Both the position numbers and the translations under genes were made by a program. Under the pieces are notes generated by a model. It did no database searches. It worked only from the letters and a program-made list of their open reading frames with translations, and was not told where the DNA came from. DNA of 44,005 bases from a virus (Duplodnaviria > Caudoviricetes): positions 1-44,005 of the IMG/VR virus record IMGVR_UViG_3300015050_000679. One strand, given 5' to 3'. Positions 36,160-43,994 of the stretch are shown in pieces; positions within the stretch are counted from its first letter, which is position 1, and every line of letters begins with the position of its first letter.

Positions 36160-37578
36160 GTGTGGCTGAAATTACCACGATCAGTTTATTCGCCGGGGCC
36201 GGAATGCTCGACCTCGCTGTCGATATCGCTATTGGAGGAACTTGCACGCTCGTGCGGGTGGAGAGGGAAATCCCTGCGGCTGGAATCTTGGCGGCGCGTG
36301 TTGAAGACGGGAGCCTGGCAGGAGAGGCTATCTGGTCTGACGTGCGAACCTTCAACGGCCGCTCGTTTAATGGCCGAGTGGACGGAATCATTGGCGGTTT
36401 CCCATGTACCGACCTCAGTGTCGCCGGCAGACAAGCCGGACTCGACGGGGACGCCAGTGGATTGTTTTTCGAGTACGTCCGAATCATTCGCGAAGTTCAA
36501 CCCCGATGGGTTTTTGTCGAAAACGTCCCGCCAGTTCTCGCTTTTCCAACAGGAGGAACCGTACTCGGAGAACTTGCCGCGCTCGGGTTCGATGCGGAAT
36601 GGGGAACTGTACGAGCGTCCGATGTTGGCGCCCCGCACCGCCGGGACCGGGCATTCATCTTGGCGTTCCGGCCAGGGCTTGCCGTATACGCCCCAGGAGC
36701 GGCCAGCGTACCAAATCCCTCTGCCGGGGGAGTCGAGCAAGCGGTACTGGGAGCGAATGGAGCGGCACGAGCGGGAGAACGGCATAGATCCGACAGCGGG
36801 TTCGACGCCATGGCCCACGCCGGATTGCAACACGTCGAGCTACAGCAACGGGGAGTTTGGCATGAATCTCCGGGAGGCATCGATGAACTGGCCCACGCCC
36901 CGCAGCGAGGACTCGGAGAGTTGCGGGAACCATCCGGGCGCGGTGGAGTCGCTGACGGGGGCGACTCGGCAGTGGGCAACGCCGAATGCACACGATGGGC
37001 GGAGGCCGGGAGTGGACGAGCATTCGACGCAGGGCGGGGACTTAAGCCGGGACGCTGCGATATGGACCACCCCGCAAGCCCACGATGCGGCGGGAGGAAA
37101 CCCGGAGAGGGTTGGCAGGTTTGGGACGAAGCACGGCGGGGCGAACCTTGCGGACGATGTGACGCTATGGAAGGCCCCCGATGTCCCGAACGGCGGGCGC
37201 ACGATGAGCGCGGCGAACGGGGCGACGGACAAGGGGAAGCGGCAGGTTGGGCTGGAGAACCAGGCGCGGTTTGCGGCTTGGCCGACGCCGAATGCCTGCG
37301 ACGGGACCAAGGCCAGCCAACTCAGCCACCAGGGAGCGTGTCTGACGCGCAGCGCGGAAGTGGACTTCCACTCTTTCCCCCAGGTCCTGGAGACGCCGAA
37401 GCATGGCGTCGAATCCTCGCCGAACGCCCCGACCTCGCGCCGGCGGTTGAACCCGAACTTCGTGGATTGGCTGATGTCGCTGCCCCCAGGGTGGACCGAT
37501 TACGGGCCGGTGGAAACGGCGTTGTGGTACTCCAGGGTGCGTATGCGTTTAGAGTGCTTGCTGAGCGAGCGGCGCTGA
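36160..37578 (+). CDS. Overlapping-frame methyltransferase partner polypeptide (TRD repeats plus motif IX)
   Basis: LPRSGSMRNG, six W-[T/A]P repeats, RLNPNFVDWLM-LP-GWT; open for more than 470 codons in +1 frame; start uncertain. Confidence 0.75.
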   Translation: MWLKLPRSVYSPGPECSTSLSISLLEELARSCGWRGKSLRLESWRRVLKTGAWQERLSGLTCEPSTAARLMAEWTESLAVSHVPTSVSPADKPDSTGTPVDCFSSTSESFAKFNPDGFLSKTSRQFSLFQQEEPYSENLPRSGSMRNGELYERPMLAPRTAGTGHSSWRSGQGLPYTPQERPAYQIPLPGESSKRYWERMERHERENGIDPTAGSTPWPTPDCNTSSYSNGEFGMNLREASMNWPTPRSEDSESCGNHPGAVESLTGATRQWATPNAHDGRRPGVDEHSTQGGDLSRDAAIWTTPQAHDAAGGNPERVGRFGTKHGGANLADDVTLWKAPDVPNGGRTMSAANGATDKGKRQVGLENQARFAAWPTPNACDGTKASQLSHQGACLTRSAEVDFHSFPQVLETPKHGVESSPNAPTSRRRLNPNFVDWLMSLPPGWTDYGPVETALWYSRVRMRLECLLSERR

Positions 37579-37586
37579 AATTCTAA
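36162..37586 (+). CDS. C5-cytosine DNA methyltransferase, catalytic polypeptide (motifs I-VIII and X)
   Basis: SLFAGAG, GGFPC-DLS-AG, ENV, HRRDR, RVDRLRA-GNGVV. Confidence 0.9.
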   Translation: MAEITTISLFAGAGMLDLAVDIAIGGTCTLVRVEREIPAAGILAARVEDGSLAGEAIWSDVRTFNGRSFNGRVDGIIGGFPCTDLSVAGRQAGLDGDASGLFFEYVRIIREVQPRWVFVENVPPVLAFPTGGTVLGELAALGFDAEWGTVRASDVGAPHRRDRAFILAFRPGLAVYAPGAASVPNPSAGGVEQAVLGANGAARAGERHRSDSGFDAMAHAGLQHVELQQRGVWHESPGGIDELAHAPQRGLGELREPSGRGGVADGGDSAVGNAECTRWAEAGSGRAFDAGRGLKPGRCDMDHPASPRCGGRKPGEGWQVWDEARRGEPCGRCDAMEGPRCPERRAHDERGERGDGQGEAAGWAGEPGAVCGLADAECLRRDQGQPTQPPGSVSDAQRGSGLPLFPPGPGDAEAWRRILAERPDLAPAVEPELRGLADVAAPRVDRLRAGGNGVVVLQGAYAFRVLAERAALKF

Positions 37587-37629
37587 ACACCAGGCCAATG
37601 CCGACGGACTGACAAAGAGGAGCAAAAAA

Positions 37630-38211
37630 ATGGGAAGACCCAAAAAACCGTGGATCGACGGGACGCCGTGCAAGAACTGCCGGAAGCCGTTGACATCAGA
37701 CGAGCGTTACAAGCAGGCCGGCCGATTGTGTCGGGACTGCGGAAACGCAACAAGACAGGCGCAGCGAGACGCGCTACGGGCACAGTCGCCGATGCCGTGC
37801 CGGGCTTGCGGGAAGCCGATGACGGACGGGCGCGAGAAGCGGTTCGGCCGATGCGCGGCCTGTAAGGCGGCGAACGCGGGAAACTGCGCTTGCGGCGCTC
37901 CGGTCCATATCGGCAAGCGCTGCGTTGACTGCTATCGAATCGAGAAGGCGGACGCGCAATCACTGCGAAGGAATCGACCGGCGCGACTGTGTAAATGCGG
38001 GGCGCGGATCGGCGACGGCGCGACGAAGTGCCGGCGCTGCAACATGGCGTCGGTTGGCACGGCAACGACCGAGCGGCGGGCGGTGGCACCGGAACCGGTG
38101 GCGCGGCTTGTGGCGCAAGCGTGGCCGGGATTGCGCGGGCCTGGTGGGGAGTGGGAGAAGGGGCCGACGACCGTGCAGGGCTGGGCGACGTTGGACGGGG
38201 GGCGGTTGTGA
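37630..38211 (+). CDS. Multi-CxxC zinc-finger protein
   Basis: Repeated CxxC/CxC pairs; GAGGAG RBS. Confidence 0.65.
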   Translation: MGRPKKPWIDGTPCKNCRKPLTSDERYKQAGRLCRDCGNATRQAQRDALRAQSPMPCRACGKPMTDGREKRFGRCAACKAANAGNCACGAPVHIGKRCVDCYRIEKADAQSLRRNRPARLCKCGARIGDGATKCRRCNMASVGTATTERRAVAPEPVARLVAQAWPGLRGPGGEWEKGPTTVQGWATLDGGRL

Positions 38212-38822
38212 AGGCGTATTACGAGGAGTCCGGGATCACGATCTACCACGGCGATTGCCGCTCGATTTTACCCACGCTGCCGAAGGTGGATCTGGTGCTG
38301 ACTGATCCGCCGTATGGGATTGGATTTGCGGCTCAGCCTACGAAATGGCAGCGTCTCGCAGGACAAGCGCCGGAAGGCTGGGACGATATCACCGTCGACG
38401 GCCTGATGGAAATAATCAGACACGGGGGCATGCAGGCGGTTTGGGGCGGCAATTACTACCCTCTTCCAGTCTCGCGCGGCTGGATGTGCTGGTATAAGCC
38501 GGACGCTCCGCCAAGCATGGGAAGTTTTGAGCTTTGCTGGACCAATATCGACCGCAACTCTCGCATGATCTCTCACTCAATCTCAGCCACAAACGGCGAG
38601 CGAGTTGGGCATCCAACGCAGAAGCCGCTGGCAGTTATGAAGTGGTGCCTATCGTTACTCGGAGGAGCGCGCACCGTCCTCGACCCATTCATGGGCTCGG
38701 GAACCACGCTCGTAGCGTGCAAGCAAGCCGGGCTGCAATGCACGGGGATTGAGCGCGAGGAGCGCTACTGCGAACTCGCAGTTCAGCGCTTGCGCCAGGG
38801 CGTGCTGTGGGGTGCCGAATGA
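38208..38822 (+). CDS. N6-adenine/N4-cytosine DNA methyltransferase (beta class)
   Basis: IYHGDC, TDPPYG, HPTQKP, VLDPFMGSGTT, GIE. Confidence 0.93.
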   Translation: MKAYYEESGITIYHGDCRSILPTLPKVDLVLTDPPYGIGFAAQPTKWQRLAGQAPEGWDDITVDGLMEIIRHGGMQAVWGGNYYPLPVSRGWMCWYKPDAPPSMGSFELCWTNIDRNSRMISHSISATNGERVGHPTQKPLAVMKWCLSLLGGARTVLDPFMGSGTTLVACKQAGLQCTGIEREERYCELAVQRLRQGVLWGAE

Positions 38823-38977
38823 CCCGCCCCACTGACAACCCCATCGCCACCGCCCAGCGTGAACAGTGCGAAGCGGCGGCGCGGTACATTGCGGACGGGC
38901 ACCCGCTGGCGGAACTAGGCATGGGCGACTGGTTCGCGGAGGAGTTTCTGATGGAGCAGGAGGCGAAGAATGTCTAA
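38819..38977 (+). CDS. Small hypothetical protein
   Basis: ATGA coupling; below cutoff. Confidence 0.5.
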   Translation: MTRPTDNPIATAQREQCEAAARYIADGHPLAELGMGDWFAEEFLMEQEAKNV

Positions 38978-39317
38978 CTGGACACGGGCGCACGATGCCC
39001 ACATTGCGCGGGAGTGCGAGGGGCTGGAGATATCAACGATAGACCTGCGGGACGGTGGCCTGGTTTATCACGATCAGAACGGCAAGTGGATGGCTCACTA
39101 TAATTCCGACCCCGCCGCTGCCATCCGAGCGGCTGAGGCGTGGCGGAAGAAGGAGAAAGGGCGATGGTATAAGCAGGAGTCAGCGTGGGAATACGGCGCT
39201 GAGGAGGCTAGCCCTGCAGTGGCGAAAGTGTACGTTCACAGCGGTGAAAATTGGTACGGAACTGGAGACAGTGCACTCGTCCAAGCCCTGTACCGAGCAA
39301 CAGGCGGCCCTGCATGA
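38970..39317 (+). CDS. Phage ABA-sandwich-like protein, copy 2
   Basis: Paralog of 34858..35193. Confidence 0.6.
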   Translation: MSNWTRAHDAHIARECEGLEISTIDLRDGGLVYHDQNGKWMAHYNSDPAAAIRAAEAWRKKEKGRWYKQESAWEYGAEEASPAVAKVYVHSGENWYGTGDSALVQALYRATGGPA

Positions 39318-39628
39318 CCCGCCAATGGACCCTAGCCGAATCCCGCACCATCGCCGAACGGGTGATGGAGTGGCAAGTATTTGAGTTCCGTGGGCGACTC
39401 GTCCGCGTCGATGGCGGCATGGTGCCGGATTGGCCGCATGTGGGCGCCGGCGAGGTGCTGGCGGCGATACAGATGGACGGGTGGCGCGTCGAGGGGTTCT
39501 GGACTGGGGCTAGCCATACGTTTTGCGTGCGGCTGAAGCACCCGATTACGAAGGCGAAGGCGGAGGGGAATTCGGCGAAGTGGGGCGAGGCTGTGATGCT
39601 GGCGGTTTTGGCGGCGGTGGAGGGGTGA
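39314..39628 (+). CDS. Phage ABA-sandwich-like protein
   Basis: IAERVM-W, VPDW, AV-LAVLAAV. Confidence 0.55.
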   Translation: MTRQWTLAESRTIAERVMEWQVFEFRGRLVRVDGGMVPDWPHVGAGEVLAAIQMDGWRVEGFWTGASHTFCVRLKHPITKAKAEGNSAKWGEAVMLAVLAAVEG

Positions 39629-40047
39629 GTCCGCCCGATGTCGAGCTCGTCGTATTGGGCGTGCCAGGGCCGCAGGGCTCGAAGCGGCACGTAGGCGGCG
39701 GGCGCATGATCGAATCCAGCAAGAAAGTTAAGCCGTGGCGTGATTCAGTGGCTTGGGCGGCGCGGGAAGCGATGGCGGGCCGTCCGCCGATTGATGGGCC
39801 AGTGCGGTGTCAGATGGTGTTCGTTTTTCCGCGGCCGAAGTCGCGCAAGCGGACGGCGCTGCACGACCGCAAGCCGGATCTTTCCAAGCTCATCCGCTCA
39901 ACGGAGGACGCGCTGACCACGGGCGGGGCCTGGGCGGACGATGCGCGGGTGGTGGAGTACGTTGAGACGTGTAAGGTGTACGCCGGCGCTACCGGGCTGG
40001 GGATTAACAGCGGGGCCGTGGTGCGGATTTGGCGGGCGGACGTATGA
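39625..40047 (+). CDS. rusA: RusA-family Holliday junction resolvase
   Basis: G-P-PQGSKR, F-FPRPKS, KPDLSKL-RST-DALT, W-DD--VV. Confidence 0.9.
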   Translation: MSPPDVELVVLGVPGPQGSKRHVGGGRMIESSKKVKPWRDSVAWAAREAMAGRPPIDGPVRCQMVFVFPRPKSRKRTALHDRKPDLSKLIRSTEDALTTGGAWADDARVVEYVETCKVYAGATGLGINSGAVVRIWRADV

Positions 40048-40217
40048 CCATCCTCGACCAACTAAAGCGCGCCGGCGCCGTGCTGGTGCGCCAGAAGAAC
40101 CACCAGGTGTGGCGGCTACCGAACGGGCGGCGCTACGTGATGAGCCAGACGCCTAGCGATGGGCGGGCGGGTAGGAATCAGGCGGCCGTTTTGCGGCGGC
40201 TGTTGAAAACGAAGTAG
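40044..40217 (+). CDS. HicA-like dsRBD-fold protein
   Basis: L---G--LVRQKNH-VW-LPNG ... TPSD-R. Confidence 0.7.
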   Translation: MTILDQLKRAGAVLVRQKNHQVWRLPNGRRYVMSQTPSDGRAGRNQAAVLRRLLKTK

Positions 40218-40256
40218 ACGGGCCGCTATGCCGACGCGGCTGGAAAGAGGGAGCAA

Positions 40257-40538
40257 GTGGATATTCAACGATTGAAGCGGCGAACGCGCGAAAACCAACA
40301 AGACGCGCTATTTACCAATGAGCCGAAATGGTCGGATTTGTGGTGGGGTATGCCTTTATTCGATATGGGCGATGCGCGCCCGTTATATCGCGTGACGGTC
40401 AATTTTTACTCAATTGACGACCTCACGCGATTTGGCGAAGTTTTAGGGGCCAGGGTCACGACAAAAACGGACACACTCACTTTTCCGCCAGAAGACCTCG
40501 CGAAGCCGTCGGAGTGGAGGTACGTCGATGAGCCGTAA
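40257..40538 (+). CDS. Partner protein of the TET-associated glycosyltransferase
   Basis: W-GMP-F, V-F----D---F---LG---T-KT; directly upstream of the GT. Confidence 0.6.
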   Translation: MDIQRLKRRTRENQQDALFTNEPKWSDLWWGMPLFDMGDARPLYRVTVNFYSIDDLTRFGEVLGARVTTKTDTLTFPPEDLAKPSEWRYVDEP

Positions 40539-41397
40539 GCCGCGTTACCCCATCTATATCCCGTCGAAGGGGCGGGCGTTTCGACCACTAACTATTCAAC
40601 GGTTAACCGAAATGGGAATACCGTTCAACGTGGTAATCGAGCCAGAAGATGAGGACGAGTACCGAAAGGTGATCCCACGGCAAGCAACGCTATTGATTTT
40701 GCCGTTTTCCAACCTTGGGCAAGGTTCTATCCCGGCTCGTAATTGGATTTGGGAACACTCTATCGAGCAAGGCCATCAACGCCACTGGGTCATTGACGAC
40801 AATATTGTGCGGTTTTACCGCATGAACTTCAACCGCCGCGTTCCATGCTGGAGCCCGGCTATATTTGCGGCGGCGGAAGACTTTACGGATCGCTTTACAA
40901 ACGTTGCTCTATCTGGGTTTAACAATATCGCCTTTGCGCCAGACCGTAACCCGAACGTGGCCCCGTTTGATCTAAATACCCGCATCTACTCTATTTCCTT
41001 GCTTAATAATGCGATGCCATATCGCTGGCGCGGGCGCTACAACGAGGACACGGACTTGTGCTTGCGGGCTCTAAAAGATGGTTGGTGCACGATCCAATTC
41101 AACGCCTTCTTAGCAGACAAGGTGACAACCATGACGATGAAGGGCGGCAACACGGATACGGTGTACGCCACGTCCGACCACCGTCTAGAGTTCGCCGAGA
41201 GCCTAGTCCGCAATCACCCCGACGTGGCAAAGGTGGCGTGGAAGTTCGACCGCTGGCACCACGAAGTCGATTACTCGGGGTTCAAGTCGAACCGGCTTAT
41301 TGAGCGCGATGGCTTAACCCCGGTGGGACGTCAAGACGAATACGGCATGACGCTAACCAAAGTGCAAAAGGAGGCGAAAAATGCCGCGCGCCCGTAA
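40528..41397 (+). CDS. TET-associated / GREB1-like glycosyltransferase (putative DNA modification)
   Basis: YPIYIPSKGR, ARNWIW, HWVIDDNI, RYNEDTDL, KGGNT, RWHH-VDY. Confidence 0.8.
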   Translation: MSRKPRYPIYIPSKGRAFRPLTIQRLTEMGIPFNVVIEPEDEDEYRKVIPRQATLLILPFSNLGQGSIPARNWIWEHSIEQGHQRHWVIDDNIVRFYRMNFNRRVPCWSPAIFAAAEDFTDRFTNVALSGFNNIAFAPDRNPNVAPFDLNTRIYSISLLNNAMPYRWRGRYNEDTDLCLRALKDGWCTIQFNAFLADKVTTMTMKGGNTDTVYATSDHRLEFAESLVRNHPDVAKVAWKFDRWHHEVDYSGFKSNRLIERDGLTPVGRQDEYGMTLTKVQKEAKNAARP

Positions 41398-42382
41398 CAT
41401 CAAACCGGGATTCTTCGAGAGCGACGACCCGGCAAAAGTCGGCTACCCGCAGCGCCTTCTGTGGATTGCCATGTGGACGCTGGCCGACAAAGAAGGCCGC
41501 TTGGAGTACCGCCCTACACGGCTAAAAAAGTACGCCTTCGGCTTCGATCCGGCGACCGTGGAAGACGTCGCGCAGTGGGTTCACGACCTCCACGACGCAG
41601 GGCTGATCGTCCTTTATCCGGTCGGTTTGGTTGAGGTGATTCAGTGCGTGAACTTCCTAAAACACCAGCGGCCACACTATAAAGACCCGGAGAGCGAATA
41701 CCCGCCTCCCCAAAGTTCCCCAAAGTTCCCCGGGATTTCGGTCAATGATAAGCCGATCATAGACGATTTCCCCAAAGTTCCCCAAAGTTCCCCGGGGAAT
41801 CCTGGGGAAACGCTTGATGATACGTCAATGATAGGGGCAAATCCCGGGGAATCCTGGGGAAACGGCCTATCATTGGCCGATCATAGACGATTTCCCCAAA
41901 GTTCCCCAGGAAAAGCCCCGATGATAGGGGGGTCTCCCGGTATGAATGTTGAATGTGGAATGTTGAATGTGGAAGGGGGAAGGGGGAATGGCGCGCTGAC
42001 GCCCGCCCCGCCCCCGCCACAGCAACTCCGCATCGAGGACAGCGGCCCCGACCCGGACGAGCTTTTCCAGGCGGCGGCGAAGTTCGCATGTGAGCACCTG
42101 CCAGCCGGCGGAGATGTCGGGCTCACGGCTTCGGCGATGCGCTCGGAGTTCCAAAAGTCGGCCAGCTTCGAGGGTAACCCGGCAGGGTTTTGCCTGAGCT
42201 TCACCGCCAGCGTCCGCAAGTGGCGCGCGGCATACGACGCAAACCCTGACTTGCGGACGAAGCAGGCGCAGTGGTGGACGCGGGACGGCACCTACTCGCA
42301 AGCCCCGCCAGCACCACGGGCGCCGCGCCGGTTTGGGCCGGTAGACCTGAAAGCCGGGCTGGAGGTGGACGATGCCCTGTAA
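41381..42382 (+). CDS. Phage replication initiator protein
   Basis: MPRAR-IKPGFF, RLL-I--W--AD-EGR, NF-KHQ N-terminal domain; internal iterons. Confidence 0.85.
   Translation: MPRARNIKPGFFESDDPAKVGYPQRLLWIAMWTLADKEGRLEYRPTRLKKYAFGFDPATVEDVAQWVHDLHDAGLIVLYPVGLVEVIQCVNFLKHQRPHYKDPESEYPPPQSSPKFPGISVNDKPIIDDFPKVPQSSPGNPGETLDDTSMIGANPGESWGNGLSLADHRRFPQSSPGKAPMIGGSPGMNVECGMLNVEGGRGNGALTPAPPPPQQLRIEDSGPDPDELFQAAAKFACEHLPAGGDVGLTASAMRSEFQKSASFEGNPAGFCLSFTASVRKWRAAYDANPDLRTKQAQWWTRDGTYSQAPPAPRAPRRFGPVDLKAGLEVDDAL
41708..41990. repeat. Putative replication origin (iterons) inside the initiator gene
   Basis: CCCCAAAGTT x5; GCCGATCATAGACGATTTCCCCAAAGTTCCCCA at 41752 and 41876; CCCGGGGAATCCTGGGGAAACG at 41791 and 41843; ATGATA motifs; (GAATGTTGAATGTG)x2. 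Confidence 0.8.
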
Positions 42383-42851
42383 TCGCGGCACGGCCAGCGC
42401 GCAGCTAAAGCGCCTCTCAAACCTGCAAGGGTTTGGGTTTATGGCACCGGAGGCATTCACGGAACTAATTGACGTACTTTGCAGCCACGCGGACGATGCC
42501 AGCCATGCCAGGGAAGCCGTTGATATTCTTTTGGCCCGCAAATCGCTTCCTACTGGGCCGCAGGACGTTGCGGACGCCTTGAACGAGGTAAGGCATACCC
42601 AAGCGCAAGAAAACGCTCCTAGGGCAAATTCAGCCGGGTGCGGACGGGAGATACCAGGGTGGACTTACTGGGATTACGACCCATCGGCGCGCGGGCTGGA
42701 GAAAGTACACCACCCAGCGCGCTGCGTCGGCGGCTGGGTGCGCGTCACGAATTGGGTGCGGGTGCAGGGCATGGTGGACGACGACGGAGCGCCGCTCAAG
42801 CAGCCTTACCACTTCACGGGCAAGTGCAAGTGCGCGGGAGGTACGCTGTGA
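42372..42851 (+). CDS. Replication-linked hypothetical protein (possible helicase loader/inhibitor)
   Basis: Follows the initiator; LPT--D helix, C-terminal C---GW ... CKC. Confidence 0.45.
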   Translation: MPCNRGTASAQLKRLSNLQGFGFMAPEAFTELIDVLCSHADDASHAREAVDILLARKSLPTGPQDVADALNEVRHTQAQENAPRANSAGCGREIPGWTYWDYDPSARGLEKVHHPARCVGGWVRVTNWVRVQGMVDDDGAPLKQPYHFTGKCKCAGGTL

Positions 42852-43144
42852 AGCCACGTATGCGAGCCATTGCGGCCGAAGTCGAGCGCCTATACGAGCT
42901 GCCAGCGGGCGAACTCTGCCGCCCAAGCCGCGTGCGCTCCATCTGCGTACCTCGCCAGGTAGCAACGTGGATTATGCACCGACGCGGCGCCTATTCACTT
43001 CACCAGATCGGCGCATTTCTTGGGCAGCATCACACGACGGTCATGCACGCGGTGCAGAAAATCGATGCGCGAATTGGCGATGACGAGATCGCCTTTGTGA
43101 AACAAGTGGTGGATAAAATGTGGATAACCAAGGAACACGCTTGA
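42848..43144 (+). CDS. DnaA C-terminal (domain IV) helix-turn-helix protein
   Basis: SR---I--PRQVA-W, SL-QIG-FLG-HHTTVMHA--KI signature. Confidence 0.9.
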   Translation: MKPRMRAIAAEVERLYELPAGELCRPSRVRSICVPRQVATWIMHRRGAYSLHQIGAFLGQHHTTVMHAVQKIDARIGDDEIAFVKQVVDKMWITKEHA

Positions 43145-43170
43145 TTCGCGATTATCATTGGCCGTACTCT
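43108..43170 (+). promoter_or_regulatory. Two DnaA boxes plus putative late promoter
   Basis: GGTGGATAA 43108, TGTGGATAA 43119; TTGATT(43141)-18 nt-TACTCT(43165). Confidence 0.6.
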
Positions 43171-43262
43171 AATTTCAGGCCAGCTACGAGCCAGCCTCTC
43201 CCCGGTGGGTGCCATTCACCGCTACTCCTCAGCAATGAGGGGGACTACAGGGGGAGACGTGC

Positions 43263-43544
43263 GTGGAATTAGCCATTAAGCTTGCGAAGCGACTTGTCAT
43301 ATGCGAAAACGCAAGCGGTGGCAAAAAGGGGATTGACTTACACACGGTTCGTCGCCTCATTGCAGGCGGTTTAGTAGCGTCACTAAAGCGCAGGCAGAAA
43401 GACGGAGCAATCGTCAAAGTGATGCTGTTAGCCGAGCCAAACGAGATCGCAACCCGAATTACGGCGCAAACGGAAGTGGTAGAGCTGGGCAAGACATGGG
43501 TGCACACGCGCAACCTTGGGCTGTTCGGTCAGGCACGGGGATGA
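43263..43544 (+). CDS. Hypothetical protein
   Basis: GGGGGAG RBS; start uncertain. Confidence 0.55.
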   Translation: MELAIKLAKRLVICENASGGKKGIDLHTVRRLIAGGLVASLKRRQKDGAIVKVMLLAEPNEIATRITAQTEVVELGKTWVHTRNLGLFGQARG

Positions 43545-43871
43545 GTGCCTACCCACTACTGCCCACGCTGCAACGCCGCGCATGATGGGCGATGCGAGCA
43601 AGGGCGCAAGCAGTACCAGAGGCGATTAGACGATAGGCGCGGGACAAGGCAAGAGCGCGGGTACGACGCGGATTGGTATAGGCTACGCACGCAGCACCTG
43701 ATCCAATGGCCATTGTGCGCTGACTGCCTAGACCGCAGGCATTACGTGGCAGCGACCGAGGTGCATCACATAGCCAAGCTCAGTGAGCATCCAGAGCGAA
43801 GGCTTGACCCTGAGAACCTGATGAGTCTGTGCCGGTCATGCCATAGCGTGCGGACGGCGCGCGGCGAGTGA
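43545..43871 (+). CDS. HNH endonuclease (packaging-associated, HK97 gp74-like)
   Basis: RGYD--W--LR, PLC-DC, ATEVHHI, NL-SLC-SCH; last gene before the genome end and terS. Confidence 0.92.
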   Translation: MPTHYCPRCNAAHDGRCEQGRKQYQRRLDDRRGTRQERGYDADWYRLRTQHLIQWPLCADCLDRRHYVAATEVHHIAKLSEHPERRLDPENLMSLCRSCHSVRTARGE

Positions 43872-43994
43872 CCTATTAGGCCGTCCCATTAGCGTATTCG
43901 GTAGAGCCTAAGTCTATGTCTTTTAATTTAGTATGATGGGTAGGGCGGGTCGAAAGTTTGAGGCGAACGGCGGGGAACCGCACGATGACTCCCT

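Noticed and set aside
34858-39317. Paralog repeats as a diversity-generating retroelement TR/VR pair
   Set aside because: No reverse transcriptase gene, and differences are not adenine-specific
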